A DNA stretch of 40,078 bases, from IMG/VR virus record IMGVR_UViG_2671181094_000008, positions 1-40,078 of that record; one strand, written 5' to 3'. The notes under the pieces were generated by a model, which was given only the letters and a program-made list of their open reading frames with translations, was not told where the DNA came from and did not search any database. This stretch comes from a virus (Duplodnaviria; Heunggongvirae; Uroviricota; Caudoviricetes). Shown here piece by piece: positions 1-9,650 of the stretch (positions are counted from its first letter, which is position 1; each line of letters opens with the position of its first letter). A program made the position numbers and the translations under genes.

Positions 1-297
1 TTCGGTGAACGCACTATGGCGACGCTGGGGCGTCTTATGAGCCTGCTGTCACCCTTTGACGTGGTGATATGGATGACGGATGGCTGGCCGCTGTATGAAT
101 CCCGCCTGAAGGGAAAGCTGCACGTAATCAGCAAGCGATATACGCAGCGAATTGAGCGGCATAACCTGAATCTGAGGCAGCACCTGGCACGGCTGGGACG
201 GAAGTCGCTGTCGTTCTCAAAATCGGTGGAGCTGCATGACAAAGTCATCGGGCATTATCTGAACATAAAACACTATCAATAAGTTGGAGTCATTACC
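1..297 (+). mobile_element. IS1 right-end fragment, truncated by the window edge
   Basis: Encodes the InsB C-terminus ending ...HYLNIKHYQ and ends with the IS1 terminal inverted repeat AAGTTGGAGTCATTACC at 281..297. Whether the element is complete upstream cannot be seen. Confidence 0.85.
16..282 (+). CDS. insB: IS1 transposase InsB, C-terminal fragment (partial)
   Basis: The 88-aa translation matches my recollection of the IS1 InsB C-terminus; the ORF begins at the window edge region, so it is partial. Confidence 0.8.
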   Translation: MATLGRLMSLLSPFDVVIWMTDGWPLYESRLKGKLHVISKRYTQRIERHNLNLRQHLARLGRKSLSFSKSVELHDKVIGHYLNIKHYQ

Positions 298-315
298 GGG
301 CCATAGTTATTTCCA

Positions 316-346
316 TAAAAAAACCCGCACTAGGCGGGTTTTCTTA
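316..346. terminator. Bidirectional rho-independent terminator
   Basis: A-run, then 6-bp GC-rich stem ACCCGC/GCGGGT (323..339) with 5-nt loop, then TTTTCTT. It sits just 3' of the minus-strand acyltransferase gene. Confidence 0.6.
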
Positions 347-364
347 AACTGGTTAAAATATAGA

Positions 365-1423
365 TTAGGTTGTCACTTGCTTCGATTTTACGCTGAAAAA
401 ATTCTTTCTGAATCTTTCAGATGGATTTTCAACAATAAAATACATCGCTATACCAAATGCTATCACAAAACAAAATGATAGCATTGAAATCAACATTGAT
501 GAACTCTCTCTTGGTATAACCCAAAATACATAATTATATAGATAAATTGAAAAAGAACACTTACCAACAAATGAAAGCAATCTCACTACTATCGTAGGGT
601 TAACATTACCCTTGCCTCCAACAACAAACGACCACATAGAAATTGCCGCAAAAGTAGAAGCAACTATTTCATAAAGTTTAACATTGTTATTAAATCCATC
701 ACCCTTATAGAAAAGCATAACAACTAAAGCGACAATGGAAGATATCCTTATTGCTTTTAATTTACGAAAGCTTAAGCCACAGTCGGATGAGACAAACAAA
801 ACCCAACCCAAAACAAAAAGATAAAGGTAGGATATTATTGACCACGTCAACACCCTATCCACGGTTATAAGATTAATAACGATGGAAGATACAGCGCAAA
901 TCGCAAGCAATATAATTCTATTGCGATCTGTTTTGCAAATCAAAACAAAAATTGGCAACAACAAATAAAACTGCATTTCTACAGCTAACGACCAATAAAC
1001 ACCGCTAATGCTAAACATTGTACTTTCATTTAAGTTATGTATGAATGTCATGTGAGTTAAAATGTCATATATTCCAGTTGGCTTTTCTGCCACTCCATAA
1101 CATCTTATCAATACTATCCAAAACAAAATAGAAATGTAGTACGGAATCGCAATCCGTAGAAAACGCTTTGAGAAATAAAGAAAATAACTTGACTGTGAAA
1201 CACCATTTGAAAACATGTTTCTTGTTGACATTCCCATGCAGTACCCGGAAATAACGAAGAAAATCCCAACCCCTATCCATCCATTCCCAAATGGACCATA
1301 AAGGTCAAAATAGTTACCCAATGGCAGCCCACCAGAAGAAGACCAGAGGAAAATGTGGAACGATGTCACCAATAGAACAGCGACTCCTCTGAATGCATCT
1401 ATGATGTAGTTTCTTGTTTTCAT
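365..1423 (-). CDS. Acyltransferase family 3 membrane protein (OafA/Oac-like, candidate O-antigen acetyltransferase)
   Basis: 352-aa polytopic membrane protein with N-terminus MKTRNYIIDAFRGVAVLLV...FHIF typical of acyltransferase_3. Markedly AT-rich compared with the phage backbone, and placed beyond the tail genes as a moron. Confidence 0.75.
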   Translation of the reverse strand: MKTRNYIIDAFRGVAVLLVTSFHIFLWSSSGGLPLGNYFDLYGPFGNGWIGVGIFFVISGYCMGMSTRNMFSNGVSQSSYFLYFSKRFLRIAIPYYISILFWIVLIRCYGVAEKPTGIYDILTHMTFIHNLNESTMFSISGVYWSLAVEMQFYLLLPIFVLICKTDRNRIILLAICAVSSIVINLITVDRVLTWSIISYLYLFVLGWVLFVSSDCGLSFRKLKAIRISSIVALVVMLFYKGDGFNNNVKLYEIVASTFAAISMWSFVVGGKGNVNPTIVVRLLSFVGKCSFSIYLYNYVFWVIPRESSSMLISMLSFCFVIAFGIAMYFIVENPSERFRKNFFSVKSKQVTT

Positions 1424-1475
1424 ATGGAATTACCCAATTTTAGATCATTGGATTATACCACATAAGTAGAATTTA

Positions 1476-1988
1476 TCACCACCCAACAGCTACATAACTA
1501 AAATTATCCACGTTGCCTGATGATCCTGAGATCCATCCAAAAACATCAAACCCATTCAGGGTATGATTAGCTGACGACACATATCTATTCGTATCGGTAA
1601 TTTTTGACGGTATTACTGCAAGTACATTATTGGTAAAAGGTTTAGGGAAACTAACAGTACCAGACGATGCATTTATTACTGACTTTCCTGCTTGAATGGT
1701 AATCACCACATCGTTAAAAATATCTTTTACTGTAAAGCAAATCCCCAATGGGTTACTTTCCACCGTCACATTATTGCCAAGGAATCTTTTAATCGCTTTA
1801 AAAACTTGATTGTCATCCTCCGGGTTAAGCTCCATCCCTGAACCTTCCACCACGCCAATTAACTCGCGTTGGAAAGTGTTCAACATCTCGGCATTGATAA
1901 TAGTCGGTGAAATCCCATTAGCAACATTGCCATTAGTATATTCACCATTAGCATCAGCAGTATCTGTAGTGCTTCCAACTTTTCTCAT
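1476..1988 (-). CDS. Putative short tail-fibre / receptor-binding protein
   Basis: Lies directly downstream of the gp48-like gene where Mu-type tails place the fibre. The segment EMLNTFQRELIGVVEGSGMELNPEDDNQVFKAIKRF resembles a motif I recall in enterobacterial tail fibres. Only 170 aa and lower GC. Confidence 0.45.
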   Translation of the reverse strand: MRKVGSTTDTADANGEYTNGNVANGISPTIINAEMLNTFQRELIGVVEGSGMELNPEDDNQVFKAIKRFLGNNVTVESNPLGICFTVKDIFNDVVITIQAGKSVINASSGTVSFPKPFTNNVLAVIPSKITDTNRYVSSANHTLNGFDVFGWISGSSGNVDNFSYVAVGW

Positions 1989-2004
1989 GATTAACCTTTA
2001 AATG

Positions 2005-2688
2005 TTAGTTTCCTGAAATGTATCCAGAGGCGATATCAAAAATAGTTGCAAACTCAGGGGTAACTTCATACACCCCTTCGTCATTAAACCCAAAATAGAT
2101 ATAACCGAATTTTACAAGCGTATAGGATGGAGACAGCGCTGAAATGCGACACTCTAGTTGCCTGTTTCCCCATGAACGTAATGGGTCTCCGCAATAACTT
2201 ATCCCGACTCGGGAGTATGTTATATTCGTTTCCTCTCCTTCAACCATCCAGACAAATGGCCAGTCATCACCATTTAACCCATCACCACAAACTGATAATC
2301 CCGCTCGCGCCTGTCGGTATTCTTTAATTGAGATGGTATAACCCATTGCGGCAGCAATACTGATGAAATAGCTTTTTGACTGACCGCCGGTGCTTATTAA
2401 TTTTGAGACGATTGCATTTTGTCGCTTGGCGATTGTGTCGACCTCGCCAATGGAGCAATCATCAGGTAATCCGAGCGTATTTTCCCAGTCAGTAAGCATG
2501 ATGGTCGCTGTCTTCGGGAAAGCGCCACTAAGAAGAGCCTGAGCGTCATTATCACTACGTTGAAAACTCCTTGCCAGCGCTCGAAGCACTGCCGTCTGCA
2601 CTGCATTTTTATCTCGTGTCCAGGCTCTTCCTGACGGGATTAGTGCCTGTAGCGCTTTAAGGTAGTCGTCAGTTGAGAAGAGGCTCAT
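2005..2688 (-). CDS. Phage tail protein, Mu gp48-like (DUF2313 type)
   Basis: Position after the baseplate J gene and N-terminus MSLFSTDDYLKALQALIP...; start overlaps the upstream gene's stop. Confidence 0.55.
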   Translation of the reverse strand: MSLFSTDDYLKALQALIPSGRAWTRDKNAVQTAVLRALARSFQRSDNDAQALLSGAFPKTATIMLTDWENTLGLPDDCSIGEVDTIAKRQNAIVSKLISTGGQSKSYFISIAAAMGYTISIKEYRQARAGLSVCGDGLNGDDWPFVWMVEGEETNITYSRVGISYCGDPLRSWGNRQLECRISALSPSYTLVKFGYIYFGFNDEGVYEVTPEFATIFDIASGYISGN

Positions 2689-3833
2689 GTATAGTTCACC
2701 TCGCCACGAACGGCCATCTCCCCTATTCCCGGCTCAATATTTGCAGATGGGGAGACCAGAATAAAACCAGCCGTGCCTGAAACGTCCCCTATCGCACGGT
2801 TGAGGTCTGAAAGATAGATTTTTCCTGTTCCGAGAGGATCAGCAGATTCAAACAAAACACTGTCAATAGCGTCAGCTATAGCAGCAGTTGTCGTGCTACT
2901 CGCATCAGAGATACCGCTTATCTCAAAATCAATAACCAGCTCAGTAGGCGAACAGATGTAATTCAGGGAAGTCACAGGGGCAAGTGGGTACATATAATCG
3001 GCTACCCTTCCCTGATCGCCCGTGGCCTTTACTGCACCCCATTCTTCCAGTTGTGATACGCCATCCGTGCCAACCGGGAACCCATGGTTTGTCTTGTCGT
3101 TTCCATCACACATGATGTAAATCACAACGGTACCGGGACCCATTCCTCTACGGCGGACCCATGCACGTGTAACACCGGATACGGCCAGAGCCCATGTACG
3201 ATAATCCGTATCGCTCCCTCCTTGTGGTGGATTCTGGAACGCCAGCAGCCCCCGCTGTCGAAAATCTTCTTCATTTTCGATGTCGGCGCCGCCGGTAGCC
3301 GGTTCAATTAACGTAACCGAGCTGTCAATACCCGGCACGTTGGCATCCAGTGTCAGGAGCGTTCCGGCATCGGCATTTCCCCGGCTGCCACCGCCAGTGA
3401 TATCCTCTGAGATATCTGGTAGTCTGGCCGTCACCGCAACAGTAGCGCTGCCCGTGGAATCAATCATTACACTGGCGTCCGTGCTGTACTGGTAGCCATC
3501 CGCACGGTTAATTACAGAGCCCCTGGCTAAAACCCGCCCCGGTGTTCCGGTAATTTGCGCTGCCGGTGAGCGAGCCGCGGTCGCCGCTTTACGGTAGATC
3601 TGCTTCAACGCCATCCATCCGGCAAGCCATTCATCGGTTGATGTGAACGGCGTGCTCTGTCTGGCGATATAATCCAGATAGGCATAATGCAGGTGCGCCA
3701 TACCCGCGTCCATGTCGGCAAGCACTTTCAGATTACCGAATCGTAGCAGCGCGCCAACGTTCTCCAGCTCTGCCTGCATGAACTGGCGGTTCTCGTCACG
3801 GAGCTCACTCAGTGTTTTCCGTTTAAATGGCAT
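2685..3833 (-). CDS. Baseplate J-like protein (Mu gp47 / P2 gpJ family)
   Basis: 382 aa; gene order and size fit a Mu-like baseplate wedge protein. Confidence 0.7.
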   Translation of the reverse strand: MPFKRKTLSELRDENRQFMQAELENVGALLRFGNLKVLADMDAGMAHLHYAYLDYIARQSTPFTSTDEWLAGWMALKQIYRKAATAARSPAAQITGTPGRVLARGSVINRADGYQYSTDASVMIDSTGSATVAVTARLPDISEDITGGGSRGNADAGTLLTLDANVPGIDSSVTLIEPATGGADIENEEDFRQRGLLAFQNPPQGGSDTDYRTWALAVSGVTRAWVRRRGMGPGTVVIYIMCDGNDKTNHGFPVGTDGVSQLEEWGAVKATGDQGRVADYMYPLAPVTSLNYICSPTELVIDFEISGISDASSTTTAAIADAIDSVLFESADPLGTGKIYLSDLNRAIGDVSGTAGFILVSPSANIEPGIGEMAVRGEVNYT

Positions 3834-4272
3834 TATTCAGTTGCTCCCATAGCCAGAAGAATTTGAACTCCTGCCAGTCCCCTGCCGGCGGCAAATACCG
3901 GATGATCAGATTCAACCTGTCAGGGAAGACGATTTCCGATTGCGCCTGTATCTCTGCCACAATGCCATCCGATTTCATCCAGGCCAGCGCCTCTTCGGCA
4001 TAATCTTCCGCTCTCATCGCCACTTCGCGAGTCAGCTTTTCACGTCGCAGTAGCCACAGCCTTGAGCCAATATTCCGATCGTTGTCCAGATCACCCCACC
4101 AGCCGCGGCGGTCGGTTCCTTCATAATTGTCGTCAGCGCGCGCCAGCCCGTCGGTAAACAGGCTGATAATCACTGCCGTGTACATGTCATTTTCTGAGGT
4201 TAAGATGCCGTTTCCGGCCTGCCAGTCTGCGTGAAGGGCATCAACATTCCAGAAAGAGGAAATATCACTCAT
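3823..4272 (-). CDS. Phage GP46-like baseplate protein
   Basis: 149 aa, between the spike and J-like genes, overlapping its neighbours. Confidence 0.55.
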   Translation of the reverse strand: MSDISSFWNVDALHADWQAGNGILTSENDMYTAVIISLFTDGLARADDNYEGTDRRGWWGDLDNDRNIGSRLWLLRREKLTREVAMRAEDYAEEALAWMKSDGIVAEIQAQSEIVFPDRLNLIIRYLPPAGDWQEFKFFWLWEQLNNAI

Positions 4273-4850
4273 ACCTGACTCTCTGTTTTTTCGCTGGTTA
4301 TGGTGCTGTCACCGGACTGAACTTTTTTAACGTCATGGTCATGTTCATTGTGAGCATCACGCAGTTCTTTGAGCGTTTTATCGTTCGTCTCACAGTTATC
4401 GATGACGTCTCCGGTCACCAGAAGTCTGGGGGTAACCAGCTTTACCTGCTCCGTTGCCGTCGCAGTGATGTTTGCAGCATTGCTGATCTCTACATCCTTA
4501 CCTTTGGCATCAATGAAAATGCCCGACTCGGTCAGATGGATATTCAGCCCCCACTGGTTGTAGACTACCGTTTCCCCTGGTTTCAGCCCGGTATGTCGAT
4601 AGCCCTGATGGTTAGAGGCGATGACGACGGGGCTGGAACGATCACCTCCCAGAAATGCAATAACCACATCAGCACCTGCCGGTAGCCCCGATGAAAAGCC
4701 AAAATCAGAAAACCGCGGCGCGCTGGCCACTTCCAGCGGGGTCTGATACTGCACTTCCTGTACCACCCCGCTATCTTTCTGGCTGGTAATACGACCAATG
4801 CCCAGCATGCCCGCGATGCGGGTCGCCGCTTTTCTTAAATTTTGAATCAT
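4269..4850 (-). CDS. Baseplate assembly protein V / spike (Mu gp45-like)
   Basis: 193 aa, in the conserved position between hub and gp46. Confidence 0.6.
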   Translation of the reverse strand: MIQNLRKAATRIAGMLGIGRITSQKDSGVVQEVQYQTPLEVASAPRFSDFGFSSGLPAGADVVIAFLGGDRSSPVVIASNHQGYRHTGLKPGETVVYNQWGLNIHLTESGIFIDAKGKDVEISNAANITATATEQVKLVTPRLLVTGDVIDNCETNDKTLKELRDAHNEHDHDVKKVQSGDSTITSEKTESQV

Positions 4851-5932
4851 TGGTTTAATCCCGGGATTTGCTGATAGAAGGCACAGGGCTGGACGCTGAA
4901 GGCTTCCGGCGGTAGCAGGTACATTCTGGCGTGAGTGCCGTCGCTGTCTCTGATGTAGGTCACCTCAGCAATCAGCATTTCCGTATCCGGAAGTTGCATT
5001 GAGGGGATATTTACCGGGATCAGCGTGTTCGGCTCCCAGAGTTTTCCCGCTTTATCGCGCCAGGAATCAATCGTGACGCTCAATGGCTTTGAGCGGCCGT
5101 ATCGTCGGTTCATCTCCCAGTCGATGGCGCGCTGCGCCTGCTGGGATGCCATCAGCGTACTTTCAACGATAATGATCCGTTTCCGGTAGCGCATGCTTGC
5201 CGCCTCCGGATCACGCGCTGTCGCCAGCGTCACCGAGTCATAAGCTGTATCCGGTGAGAATCCTGCAATCGGAGAAATGCTCATCGATACGCCGACGTAA
5301 TCAGAAAAGCGGTCTGCCATCGAACGGCGGTAATAAGCCTGTTCGATATTTACCCCTTCAGCGATACCGCTGGACGCGCGCTTTGCGCCCACCCGGGTAA
5401 GAAATAAATTGCCGTCAGGCTGATCGTAATAGAGCAGAGCTGACCAGCGGGAGACCCGTTCAAGTATTTCCTGCGGCGACTCCCCCCAGTTGAGCGTGAA
5501 CTGGGGAACGCTGACTAAATCATCGATATCAGTAGAAACCGTAATGTCGTAATACGATGCAAGCCTGGATGCTATATCCAGCGCATTGCCGCCGTTGATA
5601 ACGTTGTTCGGCCATTCTGCCGAGCAATCGACAAGATCACAGCACTTATTGCGCCCCGTTGCCCTGACTTCATGGCGAGACCGGGAAAGTGATGGTGACC
5701 AGTCGTCTACATAGCCTGTTATAACCAGATCGCTGCCTAGTTTTACCTGGCAGGGCATCCCCTCCTTCACCAGCTGTTTCTGATCACTACCGGGAAAATA
5801 ATCCATCAGACCCAGATCAAAATCGGAGGGGAAACGCTCAATGCCGCGGGTCACCCGCACAGAATCCCACCCCTCAATAACTTTCCCGCCCACAGTCAGA
5901 GAGACGATATCCTGATCGTTATCCGTACTCAT
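4847..5932 (-). CDS. Baseplate hub protein (Mu P / P2 gpD late-control-D family)
   Basis: 361 aa, directly downstream of the DNA-circularisation gene. Confidence 0.6.
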   Translation of the reverse strand: MSTDNDQDIVSLTVGGKVIEGWDSVRVTRGIERFPSDFDLGLMDYFPGSDQKQLVKEGMPCQVKLGSDLVITGYVDDWSPSLSRSRHEVRATGRNKCCDLVDCSAEWPNNVINGGNALDIASRLASYYDITVSTDIDDLVSVPQFTLNWGESPQEILERVSRWSALLYYDQPDGNLFLTRVGAKRASSGIAEGVNIEQAYYRRSMADRFSDYVGVSMSISPIAGFSPDTAYDSVTLATARDPEAASMRYRKRIIIVESTLMASQQAQRAIDWEMNRRYGRSKPLSVTIDSWRDKAGKLWEPNTLIPVNIPSMQLPDTEMLIAEVTYIRDSDGTHARMYLLPPEAFSVQPCAFYQQIPGLNQ

Positions 5933-7329
5933 TGTCTCAACACCTTCATCGTCGTCGGCATAAACGCCGGATGCGGCACACTGGCTTCCTGTATCAGTTC
6001 ATTTGCCCGTAAGGCATCCTGATACAGACGGTTAGCCATAACCAGTGCAGGAATGGGCAGCGTGGTATTAACCTGCATCAGATCACTCAGCCCGGCTGAA
6101 ATCTGGGACATGGTGTCCAGGAAGGCGCTTCTCACTGTCATCAGCGCGCTATAGAGATCGTCATCCGCCCGGTCGCCCGCCAGAAGTAACGCTGCATCCA
6201 GCTGCGTGGCCACGCGTTGCGTGATTTCCTCGGTCTCATTACGACTGGTAGGGTTGTAATCGGCCGCCGCATTCGTCATCGCCCCGCTGCACAGCACAAT
6301 GATGAGCGTATTCATTGTGCCAGCCAGTTGCTGGCTACTTTCGGATCGCTGGTATTCGGTACTGGTTGATGCCGCCAGTTTTTCAAACGCAGCAATTTTA
6401 TCGCTCACGCTGCCGGCGCTGGTCAGAATGCGATTAATAACATCGGCAACGCCCTGAACAAATTCATCAGCAGATACCGATTCATTCAGTGCAGCGGTCG
6501 TATCAAGTACAGCCTGTCGGTCCATCACGGCCTGTGCGGAAACTAGTTCAGATAAAGCCTGATAGTCTTCTGTATCGTCAGCATCACGATTTCCGTTAAT
6601 ACCCGAAGAACTCCCGCCAACCGTCCCTTTGCTGTACCGACCGTACCGGTTGTTCCCGAAGGTGGAATTCAGCACGTTACTGACGTTCGTCACCTCACTG
6701 ATGGTGTTGTCCACCATATTGGTCCAGAACGTCACGGTTCCCTTTATGGTCTTAATCCCCTGGCTCACGCCGCGGATCTCACTTTTGATTCTCGCCAGGG
6801 TACTGGCAACCGCCGTGCTGACCAACTTCAGATAGTTGGTGCCGACGGTGTCACCCGCGGCGGTGCTGTCTGTAATGGCGAAGACCTTTAACCCCGACTC
6901 AATCACCATCAGGGTAAACTCAAACGAACGACCATTATCGGCGGAGCCGGAGAGTCTTAACCCGTTCTCAGGTATGGAAACGGTCATTTCCCCCAGCGTG
7001 GGGTGAATGAGCGTACCGCTCCCCTTAGCTTCACACGCATTAATCAACGCCTGTCGCTGGGAAATGACATCCCCGCCACCGTAGACCAGACTGTTCTGGA
7101 CGATAAAACCACGGATAATAAATCGCCGCGTCCCTCGCCCCATGTCCTCAATCCAGGCGGTATCACGGTATGGATATTCGTGGACGGCCTGCCGGCGACC
7201 ATGGCTGCCTTCCTCATTAACCACAGCAAAGGGCACGCCACGGAAGGAGCCTGGCCGTAATTGACCCAGCCAGTCCTCACTACCGCCTCCGCCCATCAGG
7301 GAAGTTATTGCATCCTGAATAATTGCCAT
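5929..7329 (-). CDS. DNA circularisation protein (Mu N / gp43-like)
   Basis: 466 aa with N-terminus MAIIQDAITSLMGGGG...GVPFAVVNEEGSHGRR typical of the family; sits between tape measure and hub. Confidence 0.65.
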   Translation of the reverse strand: MAIIQDAITSLMGGGGSEDWLGQLRPGSFRGVPFAVVNEEGSHGRRQAVHEYPYRDTAWIEDMGRGTRRFIIRGFIVQNSLVYGGGDVISQRQALINACEAKGSGTLIHPTLGEMTVSIPENGLRLSGSADNGRSFEFTLMVIESGLKVFAITDSTAAGDTVGTNYLKLVSTAVASTLARIKSEIRGVSQGIKTIKGTVTFWTNMVDNTISEVTNVSNVLNSTFGNNRYGRYSKGTVGGSSSGINGNRDADDTEDYQALSELVSAQAVMDRQAVLDTTAALNESVSADEFVQGVADVINRILTSAGSVSDKIAAFEKLAASTSTEYQRSESSQQLAGTMNTLIIVLCSGAMTNAAADYNPTSRNETEEITQRVATQLDAALLLAGDRADDDLYSALMTVRSAFLDTMSQISAGLSDLMQVNTTLPIPALVMANRLYQDALRANELIQEASVPHPAFMPTTMKVLRQ

Positions 7330-7342
7330 CGGGCCTCCGGAA

Positions 7343-7367
7343 TAAAAAAACCGCCAGGGCGGCGGTT
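7343..7367 (-). terminator. Intrinsic terminator-like hairpin inside the late tail operon
   Basis: On the minus strand the stem ACCGCC/GGCGGT is followed by TTTTTTTATT; located between the tape-measure stop and the next gene's start. Confidence 0.45.
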
Positions 7368-7375
7368 TAAACGGG

Positions 7376-9229
7376 TTAGTAATTCATGGCGGTTGTTATT
7401 CTGCCATTATCCTCAACGTTATAGGTTTTCTTCTCCCCCTTATCATTGACCAGGGTGATTTCCAGCTTCATTTTCTGATCGGCCATCGCCTCTTTGAGAG
7501 ACCGGGTCAGGTTTTCACTGGCTGCCTCTCTCCCGTTGCCGGAGGCTGTCAGGATAGAAGAGCTGTCAAACGTATCAGGCTGAGGCGCGAGGATATTCTG
7601 TCTCTGCTGGCTGAGTACACTACTATCACGAAGACCTGACCAACGCGGGTCACTGATGGCCGTTTGAATTGCAGCCTGTATCTCATCTTCAGAATATGGC
7701 TGCGCGCCATTCTCATGCTGAATCATGGCTGCCATGACAGATTTCAGTACTTCCGGGTTATGCAGATCCATCCGCTGCTGGGGCTGAAATCCCGTCGCGG
7801 CTGAGACTGAATTGATATAGGACTGAGTGTCATTTTCTGACCGCGGCGCATAGGTGTGGATCATGCTGTTCAGCGTGTTATTCCCACGATCGCCATATAA
7901 CATCAGCTGCCTGGCCATTGCCGCCAACCCGTCGTTGCTATTGTCATAAGTGACGAAACCACGATTCACCCCGGTCGCATTAGGCGCTATCCGGAGATTG
8001 CCCGGGTTATTATTTCTGAGGCCCAGCGCCTGGTTAGATGGCTGGCTGTAATTCACCTCCCCGCGTGGAGCTGCTGCACCTGCTGGCAGGATAACAGACA
8101 AATCATTACGGAGTTGTTCAGCTCTGTCACTGGCGCCATATTGCGCGTCGTAGCGTTTCCGGACGGCATCCGTCATAAAGCCGGCATCTACCGCCCCGCG
8201 CTCACGCCGGGAAAGGGTGTTATACAGCGCTTTATCACCCTGAATGCGGCGTAGCTTCCCGGCATCCTTGCTACTGATAAACCCCAGCGCATGCGACAGC
8301 CCGGTGAAATCGCCATTCGTGAACAAGTCGGTCACACCTTCGAGACCGTCTTTCACCGAACCATCGGAAAGCAATCCCTTAAACAGAGAGTTTTTCGAAC
8401 GTTTTTTCAGCCCATCCCATGCTGCGCCCAGCTCATTCATGGTGCCGTTAACCTCGGACAATTGCCGGTTAAGTTCCAGATCAACCGTCAGGCCAAGTTC
8501 ATCAGATTTAGCCAGCAATGCTTTCATCCGTACGCCTTCACGCATCAGCGCCAGCATTTCCGGCGTCAATCCGAGGGCATCGGAAACCGACTTCTGCTGG
8601 TCAGGACGCAGGCTCGGGAAAACGCGCGCTATCGACTCCAGCGTTCTCAGCGTATCAACGGAGCCGTCATTGTTTTTCTGGATCTGAACGCCAATCTGCG
8701 ACAATGCGCCAAGCACCTGGCTGTTGGCACCGCTGGCGGCCTCCTTCAGGCTTTTAGCCATCCCCTCGATGGAAGCGTTGGCACTGTCACCATCAGCCCC
8801 CAGTATCCGCATGGCGCCGGACAGTCTGGAAAAATCCTCCACCCGCATACCCGCATTTTTCGCGGCAACATCGAGGTTATAGGCTTCCCTTGAGGCCTCA
8901 TGGAAACCGTAGGCAATCTGTTTTAACCCGTATCCCGCCGCCCCGACCACGCCCAGCGACGCCAGCTTACCGGAGAGCTCACCGACCATCTTCAGCGGCG
9001 GCACCATATCCCCGATATACTGCACGTTATCACGGGCATTTTTGGACAGATTTTCGAAGCGGGAGATAAAGCCGTTCAGGCCATCGAGGGTCTCCTGTCC
9101 TCCTAACTGGAGTCCCTCTTTGGTTTTATCCAGCTTTGGCTCCAGATCACGGATAGCCTCATTGATACGCTCAATGGCTTCCGTCGCCTGATCGCTGGCC
9201 ACCAGCTCAAAGTCGAAAGAATTACTCAT
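7376..9229 (-). CDS. Tail tape measure protein
   Basis: 617-aa protein placed between the chaperone pair and the DNA-circularisation gene. Confidence 0.65.
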   Translation of the reverse strand: MSNSFDFELVASDQATEAIERINEAIRDLEPKLDKTKEGLQLGGQETLDGLNGFISRFENLSKNARDNVQYIGDMVPPLKMVGELSGKLASLGVVGAAGYGLKQIAYGFHEASREAYNLDVAAKNAGMRVEDFSRLSGAMRILGADGDSANASIEGMAKSLKEAASGANSQVLGALSQIGVQIQKNNDGSVDTLRTLESIARVFPSLRPDQQKSVSDALGLTPEMLALMREGVRMKALLAKSDELGLTVDLELNRQLSEVNGTMNELGAAWDGLKKRSKNSLFKGLLSDGSVKDGLEGVTDLFTNGDFTGLSHALGFISSKDAGKLRRIQGDKALYNTLSRRERGAVDAGFMTDAVRKRYDAQYGASDRAEQLRNDLSVILPAGAAAPRGEVNYSQPSNQALGLRNNNPGNLRIAPNATGVNRGFVTYDNSNDGLAAMARQLMLYGDRGNNTLNSMIHTYAPRSENDTQSYINSVSAATGFQPQQRMDLHNPEVLKSVMAAMIQHENGAQPYSEDEIQAAIQTAISDPRWSGLRDSSVLSQQRQNILAPQPDTFDSSSILTASGNGREAASENLTRSLKEAMADQKMKLEITLVNDKGEKKTYNVEDNGRITTAMNY

Positions 9230-9413
9230 CGGGTTTGGTATTCCTGAGTTTATTGATACGGGTGGCCTGCGATACCCACCACTTCAGACGGGCATAGGTC
9301 ATGCCCCACGCCCTGTCTTCTGTCCAGCGGAAATAAAATGTGACGTCAGCGGCCGTTTCCTGCCAGGCGGTCAGGGCTTCCAGGTCAAAAAACCGAGCAA
9401 AAACTCCTCGCAT
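9222..9413 (-). CDS. Tail assembly chaperone, -1 frameshift extension (gpE'/GT-like)
   Basis: Overlaps the 3' end of the upstream chaperone ORF in the -1 frame; slippery heptamer TTTTTTG (minus strand, plus coordinates 9386..9392) lies in the overlap. Confidence 0.55.
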   Translation of the reverse strand: MRGVFARFFDLEALTAWQETAADVTFYFRWTEDRAWGMTYARLKWWVSQATRINKLRNTKPDE

Positions 9414-9649
9414 TTTCGGAAGTCGATAAAATCCATCGGCTGAAGCACACTTTCCCGCGTATCCGTGACCAGCGAGATCAGCAGACGCATTGCCGCCAGA
9501 GAAGTGGACGATGTCTGCTTTTCGTAGAACTGCTCTGCCTGGCTGAGCGTCGGTGCCTTCAGCTCCAGTTGCTCATAGCGCGTTTTTTGCGCCTCATCGA
9601 CAAGAGGCTTGATGAGAGGAATGACTTTGGTGCGTTCAAGTTCTGCCAT
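9371..9649 (-). CDS. Tail assembly chaperone (gpE/G-like)
   Basis: 92-aa ORF between tube and tape measure genes, containing the slippery site near its 3' end. Confidence 0.6.
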   Translation of the reverse strand: MAELERTKVIPLIKPLVDEAQKTRYEQLELKAPTLSQAEQFYEKQTSSTSLAAMRLLISLVTDTRESVLQPMDFIDFRKCEEFLLGFLTWKP

Positions 9650-9650
9650 C

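Noticed and set aside
1065-1280. 71-aa ORF nested in the acyltransferase gene
   Set aside because: Nested alternative frame in an AT-rich membrane-protein gene; no support.
8244-8893. Plus-strand ORFs of 147, 200 and 79 aa inside the tape-measure gene
   Set aside because: Opposite-strand overlaps of a long structural gene with no start context; typical GC-rich shadow ORFs.
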